Counted from the first letter of the stretch, positions 28,131 through 39,007 are shown. The stretch is DNA of 64,000 bases from Acidimicrobiales bacterium (GCA_020629375.1 JAHDDK010000005.1:23910-87909), one strand, 5' to 3'. Program-made: numbers and translations. The notes: generated by a model from the letters alone, not told the origin.

Positions 28131-28966
28131 GACATGCCTCCGCTCGCCAGAACACGGGGTTCGGGTTTCATCTGCGACAAAGCGCTCACGATCTGGCTTC
28201 CGATGAGGGTCACGACAGAGCCGAACACCACGAGAGCGACCCCGAAAGTGCCCCGGTAGAAGTCCTGGTACCCGCTCATTACCGTCGTCAGGTAGAGCAG
28301 CATCAGGCTGGGGACGACGGATAGCCCGACAGCCTGAATGCGCCCTTCGAGCGTCATCGATTCAAGTTCGGACAGGATGGTGATCTCTTCGGTCACCGAC
28401 TCAATCATTTCGCCGATCGTCTCGACGACGATCTTGGTGCCGACGCCGAATCCGGTTGCGAGCACCTCGAAGATTCGGTCCGTGAGAGGGTGCTCGAATT
28501 CGTCCGCCAGGACGAACAAGGCCTCTTGCTGGCCGACGGCACCGGCGATCTTCGAGTACCGAACCCACGCTGGCCGCAACGGTTCCGGGCCGGTCTCGGA
28601 CATCCGCTCGAGCGCTTGGTGAAGGCTTTGGCCCGACAGCAAGCCAACTCGGATCGTCCGCAGCGCGTCGGGCCACGGCTCCAGGAAATCCTTCTGCTGG
28701 CTGCGCTTCTTGTTGTCTCTGAGGACGGGAACCACGGAGGCAATCGCAACGGAGAGAGACATTCCGGCAGCGAAGACGCCACCGAGCAGCGTAACCATCG
28801 TGGAAACACCGACGATGATGGCCACGATCTGCAGCAGCAGGACGAAACCTCCGCTCGACGTCTTCGGCGGAGCGACATCCTTCGGACGACGTTCGCGACT
28901 TGCAATGAGTCCGACGACGGCGGCCAGCGCCACCCCAGCGAACGCCGCAGCGAGTACGACAATCAC
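28127..28966 (-). CDS. tadB: TadB-like inner membrane platform protein
   Basis: WPDALRTIRVGLLSGQSLHQAL, GPEPLRP; GTG start overlapping tadA stop. Confidence 0.82.
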   Translation of the reverse strand: MIVVLAAAFAGVALAAVVGLIASRERRPKDVAPPKTSSGGFVLLLQIVAIIVGVSTMVTLLGGVFAAGMSLSVAIASVVPVLRDNKKRSQQKDFLEPWPDALRTIRVGLLSGQSLHQALERMSETGPEPLRPAWVRYSKIAGAVGQQEALFVLADEFEHPLTDRIFEVLATGFGVGTKIVVETIGEMIESVTEEITILSELESMTLEGRIQAVGLSVVPSLMLLYLTTVMSGYQDFYRGTFGVALVVFGSVVTLIGSQIVSALSQMKPEPRVLASGGMS

Positions 28967-30273
28967 TGGGCGTGCTCTCGCTGAGCGTGTGCGGACAGGA
29001 GGCCGTCGACGGTCTGACCTTGACGAGCGAGTGCCATGTTGAGCTTGCGCTCGACGTCGGGCGGGAAGCTCTTCCCCGTCCACTCGAGCGGCGCACCGAA
29101 ACGCTCCCGGACCAGCAATTGATCGACATGGAAACCGTGGTTGTCGCTGAGACCTGCGGGCACGGCGGCAACTTCCATGACCTGTCGACGGAGCGGGCCG
29201 TCGTGATCACGGAGGTGGGCATCTTCACGATCGAGGAAGAACACCAGGTCAAAGATCTGCGACAGCGTGCTCGTGACGTGATCCGCTGGGACGTTCTCAC
29301 CGGCCATGATCGCCGTATCGACGAGGGCTGTGAGCGCCTGGCTGCACGAGTTGCCGTGCACTGTTGCCATGACGCCACAACCGGCGTTGCCGGCACGAAG
29401 TAGCTCGAAGGCCTCAGCGCCGCGGACTTCGCCAATGACCATCAGATCTGGACGCATACCGAGACACATCTTGACGATGTCGCGCAGCGAAACCGTCAAG
29501 TCGGGATCGTCCCCTGGCGCCGATCGGGTCTGGTAGAAGCTGCCGTGATTGATCGGCGCAGAGATCTCACGGACCTCCTCGCAGACGAGCACGCGTGCCG
29601 AAGTCGGGACGGCTCGCAACGAGGCATTGATGAATGTGGTCTTTCCAGCACCCGGGCGGCCACAGACCAACACACCGAGTCCAACGCTCATGGCCGCCCG
29701 GACGATCGCCGCAAGTTCGTCGGTGATGGCGTTGAAGCCAACCAGCATCTCGAGCGCTTCGTTCCGCATCGTGTACTTGCGGAGTGTGACCGACAGATGG
29801 TCGGCGATCGGTCGTCCGACGACACCAAGACGTGCTCGCCCATCCATGACCCGCGCCTGAACGAGCGGTGCCCGTTCATTCAACTCACGCCCAGTTTCTT
29901 GGAGGAGCTTCTTGACCTGGTGAAGGATCTCCTCCTCACTTGCGGGCTCCTCGACGCTCACGAGGTGTCCGAGACGATCTACGTAGTAGACGTCGGAGCC
30001 CTCGACGAAGATTTCCTCGACGTCGTCGTCCTCGAGGACTTCGGTGAGGGGGCCGAATTCCAAGACCGATTGAGCGAGACGGGCACACATCTCCTCGGGA
30101 CGCGCGAGGGCACGATGGGCGCCGACACGGAGATTTGCCTCCGTCTGGAAGCGGTGCACCTCGTCTTGAATCATGGCGGCGATCCGCCGGCGATCAGCGT
30201 TTGGATCGAGGTTCTGGTCACGGATCGCTCCGGTGACGACAGAACGAAGTTCATCAAATGCGGTGACGGTCAT
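28963..30273 (-). CDS. tadA: CpaF/TadA pilus assembly ATPase
   Basis: GRPGAGKTT, CEEVREI, LGMRPDLMVIGEVRGAEA, GVMATVHGNS. Confidence 0.93.
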   Translation of the reverse strand: MTVTAFDELRSVVTGAIRDQNLDPNADRRRIAAMIQDEVHRFQTEANLRVGAHRALARPEEMCARLAQSVLEFGPLTEVLEDDDVEEIFVEGSDVYYVDRLGHLVSVEEPASEEEILHQVKKLLQETGRELNERAPLVQARVMDGRARLGVVGRPIADHLSVTLRKYTMRNEALEMLVGFNAITDELAAIVRAAMSVGLGVLVCGRPGAGKTTFINASLRAVPTSARVLVCEEVREISAPINHGSFYQTRSAPGDDPDLTVSLRDIVKMCLGMRPDLMVIGEVRGAEAFELLRAGNAGCGVMATVHGNSCSQALTALVDTAIMAGENVPADHVTSTLSQIFDLVFFLDREDAHLRDHDGPLRRQVMEVAAVPAGLSDNHGFHVDQLLVRERFGAPLEWTGKSFPPDVERKLNMALARQGQTVDGLLSAHAQREHAQ

Positions 30274-31598
30274 CAGTGACACTCAACTTTCTTGCTGAAG
30301 GGGCCACGCCGCATCGGAAACGGCAAGTCCATCCACTGGTTCAGGAGCGAACGCAACGCCTTGCTCTCTTTGAGTCGCCGCTGGTGATGGAGTCCGTTCC
30401 AGCGCATTCCTGCGAGGGCTTTTTCGGTGCGGGGGATGGTGGCAACGATCTCGATCGTGTCCGGTCCGTGGATGTCTCGGAGATTGGCGACGAGCTCGGA
30501 TCGTTCGAATGAGCCCGACTCGGGGCCGTGGAAGCACACCGCGAGACGTCCGGGAAGCTCCGACTGTTGCCAGCCGTTGGCGAACTCGACCGCATGCATG
30601 AATCCGACTGGATCCGGCTCGGCTACGAAGATGACTCGTTCGGCGAAAGCGACCACCGCTCGCGAAGCCCGAGCCTCTGTCCGAACGGATTCGATCGAGG
30701 TGGCAGCCACCACATGGGGGAACGATTGACAGAGTTGCTCGCAGAGCTGCGAGACCTCGCTGCCCGTGACAGAGTCGAGTCGGAGTTGCGTATCGGCTGG
30801 AATCGCCCAGAATGGATGTTCCGGCCCCGGCGACGATCGATCTGCAGCTGCGTGCATCGGATCGAAGACGTTCTCTCGGAGACGCTCGAAGGCACTCGTG
30901 GTGTCGGGCTTTGGCGCAAGCCCAAGTCGCCAACCGATCGTTGGGTCGACGTCGTCGAAATCGATGAGAACGGTTCCGTCGAGGTCTGCCATGCAGGTGG
31001 CGAGCAAGATGGCGAACTCGGTGGAAAGTTCTGATGACGCAGACAGGACGGCAATGAGACCGTCGTGTGAGGTCGGAATGGTCGTGGCGGTTGTGGGACC
31101 CGCCGGAGTGGTGGGGATCGCGCCCGGCGCAGGTGGAGGTGGAGTCGCGTCGCTTTGCGTCGGGTCTTCGATCGCGATCGGCTTGCGCGAGTCGATGCCG
31201 ACCGACTGGTAGAGCGCTTCGACGAACGTCTCAGACGACTCGTAGGAGATGACTGCAGAGAGTCCGGTGCTGACCATCTCGGCGGTGGGCGATTCTTGTC
31301 CGGCGCTGCTCTCGACCAGACCGACAGCGATGACACCTCGGTGGCGGAGCTGTCGAACGGTTGCCGCGTTGAAGACGAGGGAGCTGTCGTCGACGATGAT
31401 GACGTCGAGGTCGGCACTCAGTGCAAGGTCTGAGTCTCGAAGAACCCGTAGACGAAGCCCCCGCTCGTGGTCGGAGATCCACGACATCAGCTCTGGACGC
31501 CACTCGCGGGGCGTCGCTGCGATGCCCACATCGAGGACCGGCCGTGTACCGGGAGGTAAGTCCGGTACGACGGCCTGGTTTGGCATGGTGACAGTCAC
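30273..31598 (-). CDS. CpaE/TadZ (Ssd/MinD-like) pilus localisation protein, degenerate P-loop
   Basis: Receiver-like N-terminus (DVIIVDD), Pro-rich linker, MinD-like LIAVLS...VLIDFDD...; position between cpaB and tadA. Confidence 0.65.
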   Translation of the reverse strand: MTVTMPNQAVVPDLPPGTRPVLDVGIAATPREWRPELMSWISDHERGLRLRVLRDSDLALSADLDVIIVDDSSLVFNAATVRQLRHRGVIAVGLVESSAGQESPTAEMVSTGLSAVISYESSETFVEALYQSVGIDSRKPIAIEDPTQSDATPPPPAPGAIPTTPAGPTTATTIPTSHDGLIAVLSASSELSTEFAILLATCMADLDGTVLIDFDDVDPTIGWRLGLAPKPDTTSAFERLRENVFDPMHAAADRSSPGPEHPFWAIPADTQLRLDSVTGSEVSQLCEQLCQSFPHVVAATSIESVRTEARASRAVVAFAERVIFVAEPDPVGFMHAVEFANGWQQSELPGRLAVCFHGPESGSFERSELVANLRDIHGPDTIEIVATIPRTEKALAGMRWNGLHHQRRLKESKALRSLLNQWMDLPFPMRRGPFSKKVECH

Positions 31599-32410
31599 GA
31601 GCCGTCCTCGGAGCCAATCGTGACCCAGGTCCAGCCCGGTTGGCGCTCGCTTGAACCGGGGTGCCAAATCTGAATTTGAGACGGTGGTGGAAGCTCACCG
31701 GGGCGGACCAGGGTGATGCGTCCCTGGGATGAGTAACGGACGAGGTCGATCCCCGGGCCGATTGACGAGTTGGGAAGACCGAGCGTGACGGTCACCTCAT
31801 CGTTTCGACCGCCGAAGGCGCCACCGTCGTCGCCGCTGCTGAGCGCCACCACGGGAACGTCGACCGCGAGGTAGAACGAGTTGGACGCGCTGTTCGAGTA
31901 GAGCACCCCAATGACGTGGACGAGCTCGCCGGCCCGCAGATCGTCGGGGATACCGTCGGGAACGACGGGGTGCTCGATTGGATCGGGAACGAGACGGTCG
32001 CCAACTGCGAGCTGCCGAACCGCACTCGTTCGTAGCGGCTCCCCGGCGGCGACTGGAGCCAGAAGCTCGATCTGCACGAGATCTGATTGGGCCCCGACAA
32101 CAATGCCGTGGTCAGCGCTGGGCGATCCGACTTCGACGTCGACTTCGACCCACGAGGTGCTGTCGAGGATCTGACCTGCCGCAGCATCGTCGGCCGCTGC
32201 GTAGACCGTGACCGTGTCCGCAGAGCTCGCAAGCAGTGCGAGCGTGACGACGAAACCGATGACACCCGCAATGAGTGCCAGCAGGAACGGCCGAGACATG
32301 GACGTGGACTTGCGTCGGGCGGTCGGCGAAGGAGGAACATGAAGTCCGTCCATCGCCGACAGGTCGTCTGGTGCGAAGAACTCGCCCGTCGGGTCCATCT
32401 GCGTCGTCAT
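31595..32410 (-). CDS. CpaB/RcpC-like SAF-domain protein
   Basis: N-terminal TM, VYAAADDAAAGQIL, PVAAGEPL, LRAGELVHVI; first gene of tad operon. Confidence 0.72.
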   Translation of the reverse strand: MTTQMDPTGEFFAPDDLSAMDGLHVPPSPTARRKSTSMSRPFLLALIAGVIGFVVTLALLASSADTVTVYAAADDAAAGQILDSTSWVEVDVEVGSPSADHGIVVGAQSDLVQIELLAPVAAGEPLRTSAVRQLAVGDRLVPDPIEHPVVPDGIPDDLRAGELVHVIGVLYSNSASNSFYLAVDVPVVALSSGDDGGAFGGRNDEVTVTLGLPNSSIGPGIDLVRYSSQGRITLVRPGELPPPSQIQIWHPGSSERQPGWTWVTIGSEDGS

Positions 32411-32434
32411 ATGTTGAGCTTGGGATCTGGACAG

Positions 32435-32450
32435 AGGTACATGTGGACCT
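32435..32450. promoter_or_regulatory. 16-bp palindromic operator, 24 nt upstream of cpaB ATG
   Basis: AGGTAC-atgt-GGACCT. Confidence 0.75.
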
Positions 32451-32535
32451 CATCCATGCAGAGAAGGACGCCGCTTCGGTGCCGTAGAGGTACAGAACGC
32501 ACGGAACCGCGGTGACGCTCTGCATGCGCGATCAG

Positions 32536-32578
32536 CGCAAGAGACGTCCGCACTATGCGCGTGCAGACGTCTCTTGCG
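32536..32578 (-). terminator. Intrinsic terminator-like hairpin downstream of giant gene A
   Basis: CGCAAGAGACGTC-T-GCAC/GTGC-G-GACGTCTCTTGCG on minus strand: 18-bp stem with one U-G pair, 7-nt loop; no U-tract. Confidence 0.65.
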
Positions 32579-32647
32579 ACTCACGACCGAGGATCATTGC
32601 AACGGTCGATGCATCTCATCAGCACGAATTCCGACGTGCCCTCGCCA

Positions 32648-35600
32648 TCACTTCGGGAGCGTGTTGACGATCGAGTACGTGAGTTGTGAGTCACTACCGA
32701 GCGTTTCCCACCCAACCTCGCTCAGCTGGGTGGATGCGTCGATGACGTAGTCAGTCAGCCCGCCGAGCAGATCTGACATCTGGCTCACCTGCACGTAGTC
32801 GCGATACGACGTGTTCAGCTGTGCCTCGTAGCGATCCAACGATCCGAAGATCTGGCCGAGCGAACTGTCTCGGGGCACATCGTCGATCGAGGAGTACCCC
32901 CCGAACCCTTCGGCCTCCCATTGGTTGAGCAATTCGGTCCGCAGGGCATCCACGTAGACCGTACCGAGCTGATCACCGTCGATTGTGGTGGCCATGTTGA
33001 GCGCTTGGTAGAAGTCGCCCTGCTGGCCGAGGGTGTACAACTGATCGACGCTGTTCTGGACAGCAGCGTCGATGTCGGGCGAGAACGCCTGGCCGGTGAC
33101 TGATCCGAGCGCTGCGTCGATGAGCGGTGCGGTGTACTTCAAGTCGGGGATGTCGGCGACTTCGCCGGTCAACACCGGGGCAGTTGGTGGCGTGAACGTC
33201 GGCGGCTGCGGCTGCAGGGCCGGGTCGGCGAAGATCACCCGTCCATCGACTACCACGGCCTGGGCCCCAGCATCGATCGACGGAACGTACTTGACGCCAC
33301 CGTTGTACGAAACCGGCCGAAGGTATGTCAGGTCTTTCAACTTGTCTTGTTGGCCCATGTCAACGAGCGTCTGGGCAATCAGGTCACCGTCGGCGATCAA
33401 CGTGTTGATCTCGGCGAGGTTGCCGACCGACTGCTGATCGACCGCACTGGTGAGCCGCTGACGACTCCCAGCAACGGTCGCATCGAAGTTCGCCCGATCT
33501 TGAGACTGCTGATAGTTGAAGATCCGAACAGCCTGCTCGTGTTGCGCGGTGGCCTGGCTCAGCTGAACGTTGTAGTTCTCGAGCGCATTTTTCTGGTCGA
33601 GGTTGTTCTGCAGTACCGGCTGATGCTCGACGACCGCCTGGTTCCATGTTTCGTTCCACTGATTCTCGTGGTACTGCCGGAACAGACTCGCTGCGTAGTT
33701 CGCCGCCTCGAGCTCGAGCTGCGACACCTGGTTCTGCTTTGCCTCAGGGTTCAGGTTGGCTTCGATCAACGCTCCCTGGAAGCCGGCCGTGCCCTCGGCA
33801 GACCGAGCGTTCAGTTGGAGCGACGACATTGCAAGGTTGTTTGCGATCGTCGACATCGTGAGCCACTGCTGAGTCACCCCGGTCTGGCCGAGCTGACGAA
33901 TCGTCCCGCCGAGACCGCCGATGATTGCTGCTGCTCCGCTCTTGTCGGCGCTGGCGATCGCACTACCGCCTCCTTCGATCACCGCACCGGCTTGGGCAAT
34001 CGCGGTGTAGAAGAGAGAAGTCGCCTGCTCGATCTCATTCGGCGACGCCGAGTCATCGCTGAACGTCCGGACAGCCTGAAGCATGTCTCCGATCGGCTTC
34101 GTCGCTGGGCGACTCTGAAGCTGGTTGATCTCCGCAAGCTCGAAATCGAGGATTCCATCGATGTCGGACCCGAACGCTGGACGCTGAAGCTCGCCTTCCG
34201 ACGTCCGGAGATCAACCATCGTGTTGAGTCCTGCAACGTCGTGATTGAGGCCGAACGGGAGCACGGAGACGTTGTCATGACCATTCGTGCCGTTCGGGAG
34301 CGCCCCGACGTCGAACTGATCGAGAAATACGCCGGCAGTCTCTCGGAGGACCTCGTCGAGCTGATGCTGATCGATTTCCTTGATCTTCGTCCTATCTCCG
34401 AACGTCCCGTACACGTGAGATAGTGCGTTCTCAATCACGGCATCGAATGTCGTCGCCTTGGCCTTCTGGATCTCGTTCTCCAACTCGATGATTCGTTTGT
34501 CGAGCGCCGACAGACCGGATGCGGTGAAGGCGTGATCCACACCAAGATTCAGTGAGGGGATCACGAAGTTCGGTCGTGAGTCGATCAGCTGCTCGAGCTC
34601 GGCTTCGAGGGCGTCGAGGTCGTAGTCGGTGTCGGAAGGCGAGAGCGTGTCCCGCCGTGTGTTGTTCGAGCCGACGGGTCCTGGGAGCCGCGTGTCGATA
34701 TCCAGCTGATTCAGCGAGTACACCGTCGATGTGTACTGATAGAGCGTCCCCCCGTTCGCGTTTTTGATGTCATTTAGAGTCCCACTGGCCGCGCCATCTG
34801 CGAGCTTCTCGTAGCGCGTGAAGTGAAGGTAGTAATTCCACTCCCCGTCAACTTCGTGCGGAATCACCGCAACCTTCGTGATCTCGTTCTGAAGTTCGAA
34901 GTCGGTGTGGCCGACGATCTGGTTCCCATAGACGTTTGGATCCACCCAACCGCCTATGCCGTTGCCGCTTTCAATGAGCGCGTTTCTGGACGCGATGTCG
35001 ATTGGCATCACGATGCCCTCGGCGTGATACGTCGCCGGAAATCCGTAGAGATGGTGATCGGCGGCCGTGTTCCCGAGAAGATCACCGGATTGCAGCTCGA
35101 CGACCGTCTCGACAACGAGCGGTGACGCCATACCAAACGATCCTCCGGGCGAGAACATCAGTTGGCCGGGAGGCGGTAGGCCGATCGACACGTAGTCGCT
35201 CCCGTCGGGCTGCTTGAGTGTGTCCAACGTGAAAAGACCGAGTGGTCCTCCGTCGGAGATTGTCGTTGCGGTAAGGACTTCTTGACCGTCGAGCATGAAA
35301 GTGCCCAGGCCAACTGGGTGGAACTGAGCCTCCGTGCCGAACTCCCAGGCCTCGCCGGACTCCAGGCTGATGTCTTCGGTCTCACCGTTCCAGTACTCGG
35401 CGGTGAACTCCATCGTGTCGGGGCCGAGATTGCGGAGGATCGCACCCTCGAGGCCCTGGCCCGTCAGTGCGGTCAGCGGTGTCTCGAGATCGCTGACCCC
35501 AACGAGTGTCGTCTGGCCGGGAACGTCGAAGCTCGTGAGCATGCCCTGGAAGCCATCCGCCGAGATCGTGGTGGTCCGGGCATAAAAGTCGAACAGCTCC

Positions 35601-38600
35601 GTTGCCGATGGTTGACGACCGAGGTCGGCAGCAAGTTCGGCGGGCGTCGATGGCGGCGGTGGCGGCGGGTCGTTGTCGTCGTCATCGTCTCCCGGATTGC
35701 CTGAGCCTCCGCTACCGATGCTGTCGGGGTCTGGCCGTAGGAGGTCGAGGGGGTCCCACCACACTCCTGGTCGACTGTCGGTGGGTCGCGTTGCGTCGAG
35801 CACGTAGTTGTTGTCTTCGTCCAAGACGACGTGCGGGATCAAGGTGTCGGCAGGCCCATCGGCGTCCCGCGGCCATTCGGGGTCGCCTTGCTCGTGGTTG
35901 TAGAGCATGTCCTCGATGTTCGAGCTGTACACCTGGAACGACAGGGCCGGGTTGCCTTCGTTGAGCTCGGGATTCGGGTCACGGAACCCGAGCTTGTCGC
36001 TCGACAGCCAGATCTTCACATGGTTGTAGGGCGAACCGTTCGCATTCAGGCGGATCTCGCCTCGCGGGATGAACTCTCCGTCTTCGTTGAATTCGCCGTA
36101 CTCGATGAGATCGCCGACTCGTTCGCTCGACCCAGGATCGACCTGAAGCGTGATCTCGTACTCGTAGCGGAGTCCCTGAGCACCCGCGCTCAGGATCGAC
36201 GGGATGGAACCCCGATCGCCAGGTGGCAAATCGTCATCGGAGTCCGTGTCGGGGAGATACTCGCCAACGAACTCGCCGAACTCGAATCCGTCGAGACCAG
36301 CTGGAATATGCGCTTCGCCGAGTCGACCTTGCGCTTTGTGGGGCATCGGGGTGAGGACGTTCAAGATGACCCGGTCACTCCCCTCCCCGCCGTCGATCAG
36401 CGTGCCGTCAGGGGCGACGAAGATCATGTAGTCGAGTGGATCCAGGTCGGCTTCGTTGACCAAGTAGTTGAACCTCTCCGGATCGAGGTTGGTCGCATTT
36501 CCCCAGCTCAGTGCGCCCATCTCGTCGACGTAGTCGTCGGTGAACCGCTCGACGTCGATCACATAAGTCACGTCGACCGAGGCGATGTCATCGCCATCTC
36601 CGAGCTCGACCGTTATCGATCGCTCATCACCGAACCGAGGATTGAGGATCCGAGGGGTCACCGTGATGTCGTTGTCTTGCGCTTCCCGTCCATCGGCGGA
36701 TTGAACCTCGAAGTAGTCGCCGCCATCGCCGGTGCGGACGATGATGTCGTCCTCGTCAAGGTCATGACGAACCTCGTAGACGACCATGTCTCGGCCGTCT
36801 CCGGTCTCCCAGATGTCGGGGTTGTCGCTGCCGTAGTCGTCGGTGTCGAAGATCGTGCCATCGCCGTTTCGGGCGATGCTGCGGTCAGCGTCGCCATCAG
36901 CGCCGAGGACGACCTCGACGTCGTAGTCACCGTCGGGGCGGAGGCGGGGGCCAGATGGGTCGATGGGACCGATCCCGTCGGGAACATCGATCCGGAGAAT
37001 CTGTTCGTCGTAGCCGTCAGCGAAGCCCGCCGTGTCGTGGCCGTCCCCGATCTCGACAATCCCGTCCGAGCCGAGCGTGCTCCGGTCGTCGCCGGCGCCG
37101 CCGTCCAAGAAGACGTCTTCGCCAGAACCTCGAAGTCGATCGTCGCCGTCGTTTCCGTAGAGCGCAACGCTCCCGTCCCCCGCGACATCGAGGTCGTCCT
37201 CGCCTGCTCCACCGTCGAAGACGACTTCTCGCACATCGTCGAACTCGACGTCGTCGTCGCCGCCGCCGAGCTGTCCGCCGGCTGCGTGTTCGCTGTCTCG
37301 GCCATCGATGTTGAGGTTTTCGTCGTTGGGTGCGTAGAGCACGAAGCCGTCGTCGGTGTCGACGTTGATGTTGTTGACTCCGTCCTCGATCGTGACCACA
37401 CCGTCGATGGTGAGCGTGTGGGTGTGGTCGGCCTTCGGGTCGTCGATGACCCGGAAGATGACGTCGTTGTCGAGCGAGCCCAGGAAGTCGATCTCGGCCT
37501 CGGTGAGGCGGCCAGGGAACCAACCGTCGCGGGTGGGATGGAGTGTGTCGCCGAAGATGATGACGATCGTGTCGTTCGGGAACAACTCCGGGAGGTAGTT
37601 CTCGAAGCGGTTGTGCCCGGACCAGTCGCCGTCTCGGAATCCGTAGTCCGTTGCGATGAGGATCTCGAAGACTCGGCCGCCATCGATCGTGGCCGTATCG
37701 CTGTTCGGTAGCTCGTCATCACCGGTGAGCGGGGGCAGGTCGGGGTCGTAGTCGAGGTCGTCTTCGTCTCGCGGTCGCGGAATGACGGTGACGCCGGGCA
37801 GCGTGAACGGCGGAAGTCCGTTGGTTCCTGGCTGCGTTGTGCCGGGCACGACAAAGCCTGCCGGGCACGGCAGGAGCGGCCCAACCCAGTTGTCCGGCGG
37901 GCCGTAGTAGTCCCCGTTCGGCAGCACGCACCATTCGCTTGCGGGGACGCCAGTCGACTCGCCAACGCCACAGTTCAATTCGACGCAGACAAGCGCGTTG
38001 ACAACAGGTGTCACCACGTTGCCAACAGCCGGTAGGGCGAAGGAGTCGGGAGCCGGCGCCACGTTCAACGGAACGAAGCCCGAAGTGTTGGCATCAACCG
38101 GCGTCGCGTCAGAGGCCTGCGCCGTCGGAGAAATCCGGAGCACCGAATGCGAACGCGAGCCAAATTCGAGCTCAGACCCATCGGCGCCGGAGACAAGCAG
38201 CGTTGCCGTCACCGAGGAAACGTCGATATCGGCACTCAGCACGACAGTCGGCGGAGCGAGGAGGCTGCCAGTGACCGAGTCGATGACTCCGCCTGCGCCG
38301 TCGGTCAAGCGCAACACCAGCTGCGCATTGCGGCCAACAACATCAAGCGCTGGAACACCGGTCACCGTGAACGTGGCTTCGCCCACAATCCCCCCGTCGC
38401 CACAGGAGCACTCGACCGCGAGACCCGAGGCCTGGGCAGCCGCAAGCACTTCGTCGTCAGTCAGCGGATCTGCGCACTCGCCGAAAAGCACCGATCCGTC
38501 TGGCTGACCACGCATACATCCCGTTGCAGCCCATTCGGCTGGCACTTGCGTACCCCCGGGGAAGTCCGAACACAGCTCGGCGATCTCCCACTGACCGGCC

Positions 38601-38836
38601 GATCCGGCGAGCGGCGTGTACCCCACGCACTCGGCCGTCGCCGGGATCGGTAGCGGACCGACCGGTTCGGCTCCAGCATCGGTGACTTCTTCCGGAACCG
38701 CCTCCTCTTCGACTGCACCGACCGGTCCAGCCGCGGCGACCACGAGCACAGCAACCGTGATCACGGCGACAACTGGCCGATGGTGTAGGGACGTAGACCA
38801 TCGTGACGAAACAGGAAAACGCTGAAGGAGTGCCAT
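32648..38836 (-). CDS. Giant secreted protein A (2062 aa) with RTX-like Ca-binding repeats and helical C-terminus
   Basis: Signal peptide ending ...AAAGPVGA; GGGDDDV, DGGAGEDDL, YGNDGDDRL, DGGAGDDRS; paralog of the next two genes. Confidence 0.85.
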   Translation of the reverse strand: MALLQRFPVSSRWSTSLHHRPVVAVITVAVLVVAAAGPVGAVEEEAVPEEVTDAGAEPVGPLPIPATAECVGYTPLAGSAGQWEIAELCSDFPGGTQVPAEWAATGCMRGQPDGSVLFGECADPLTDDEVLAAAQASGLAVECSCGDGGIVGEATFTVTGVPALDVVGRNAQLVLRLTDGAGGVIDSVTGSLLAPPTVVLSADIDVSSVTATLLVSGADGSELEFGSRSHSVLRISPTAQASDATPVDANTSGFVPLNVAPAPDSFALPAVGNVVTPVVNALVCVELNCGVGESTGVPASEWCVLPNGDYYGPPDNWVGPLLPCPAGFVVPGTTQPGTNGLPPFTLPGVTVIPRPRDEDDLDYDPDLPPLTGDDELPNSDTATIDGGRVFEILIATDYGFRDGDWSGHNRFENYLPELFPNDTIVIIFGDTLHPTRDGWFPGRLTEAEIDFLGSLDNDVIFRVIDDPKADHTHTLTIDGVVTIEDGVNNINVDTDDGFVLYAPNDENLNIDGRDSEHAAGGQLGGGDDDVEFDDVREVVFDGGAGEDDLDVAGDGSVALYGNDGDDRLRGSGEDVFLDGGAGDDRSTLGSDGIVEIGDGHDTAGFADGYDEQILRIDVPDGIGPIDPSGPRLRPDGDYDVEVVLGADGDADRSIARNGDGTIFDTDDYGSDNPDIWETGDGRDMVVYEVRHDLDEDDIIVRTGDGGDYFEVQSADGREAQDNDITVTPRILNPRFGDERSITVELGDGDDIASVDVTYVIDVERFTDDYVDEMGALSWGNATNLDPERFNYLVNEADLDPLDYMIFVAPDGTLIDGGEGSDRVILNVLTPMPHKAQGRLGEAHIPAGLDGFEFGEFVGEYLPDTDSDDDLPPGDRGSIPSILSAGAQGLRYEYEITLQVDPGSSERVGDLIEYGEFNEDGEFIPRGEIRLNANGSPYNHVKIWLSSDKLGFRDPNPELNEGNPALSFQVYSSNIEDMLYNHEQGDPEWPRDADGPADTLIPHVVLDEDNNYVLDATRPTDSRPGVWWDPLDLLRPDPDSIGSGGSGNPGDDDDDNDPPPPPPSTPAELAADLGRQPSATELFDFYARTTTISADGFQGMLTSFDVPGQTTLVGVSDLETPLTALTGQGLEGAILRNLGPDTMEFTAEYWNGETEDISLESGEAWEFGTEAQFHPVGLGTFMLDGQEVLTATTISDGGPLGLFTLDTLKQPDGSDYVSIGLPPPGQLMFSPGGSFGMASPLVVETVVELQSGDLLGNTAADHHLYGFPATYHAEGIVMPIDIASRNALIESGNGIGGWVDPNVYGNQIVGHTDFELQNEITKVAVIPHEVDGEWNYYLHFTRYEKLADGAASGTLNDIKNANGGTLYQYTSTVYSLNQLDIDTRLPGPVGSNNTRRDTLSPSDTDYDLDALEAELEQLIDSRPNFVIPSLNLGVDHAFTASGLSALDKRIIELENEIQKAKATTFDAVIENALSHVYGTFGDRTKIKEIDQHQLDEVLRETAGVFLDQFDVGALPNGTNGHDNVSVLPFGLNHDVAGLNTMVDLRTSEGELQRPAFGSDIDGILDFELAEINQLQSRPATKPIGDMLQAVRTFSDDSASPNEIEQATSLFYTAIAQAGAVIEGGGSAIASADKSGAAAIIGGLGGTIRQLGQTGVTQQWLTMSTIANNLAMSSLQLNARSAEGTAGFQGALIEANLNPEAKQNQVSQLELEAANYAASLFRQYHENQWNETWNQAVVEHQPVLQNNLDQKNALENYNVQLSQATAQHEQAVRIFNYQQSQDRANFDATVAGSRQRLTSAVDQQSVGNLAEINTLIADGDLIAQTLVDMGQQDKLKDLTYLRPVSYNGGVKYVPSIDAGAQAVVVDGRVIFADPALQPQPPTFTPPTAPVLTGEVADIPDLKYTAPLIDAALGSVTGQAFSPDIDAAVQNSVDQLYTLGQQGDFYQALNMATTIDGDQLGTVYVDALRTELLNQWEAEGFGGYSSIDDVPRDSSLGQIFGSLDRYEAQLNTSYRDYVQVSQMSDLLGGLTDYVIDASTQLSEVGWETLGSDSQLTYSIVNTLPK

Positions 38837-38860
38837 GAGTCGATCGTCTCATCGGCCTAA

Positions 38861-38876
38861 CGGTTCATACGTACCG
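38861..38876. promoter_or_regulatory. 16-bp palindromic operator, 24 nt upstream of giant gene A ATG
   Basis: CGGTTC-atac-GTACCG, flanked by GGCCTAA/TTAGGCC. Confidence 0.72.
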
Positions 38877-39007
38877 ATTTAGGCCAGCTTGACGTAGACG
38901 TAGGCAGTCACGACGTTGTACAACCCGGGAGCCGCGCTTCAGGCGGACACGTGATCTGGTTCACGACAGCGGTTCCATGGACGACCCCGCATCCGACGAC
39001 TGGGTCC

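Noticed and set aside
24334-32410. Tad-like genes as the conjugation module of an ICE
   Set aside because: No relaxase, VirB4, coupling protein, integrase or att repeats seen in the window.
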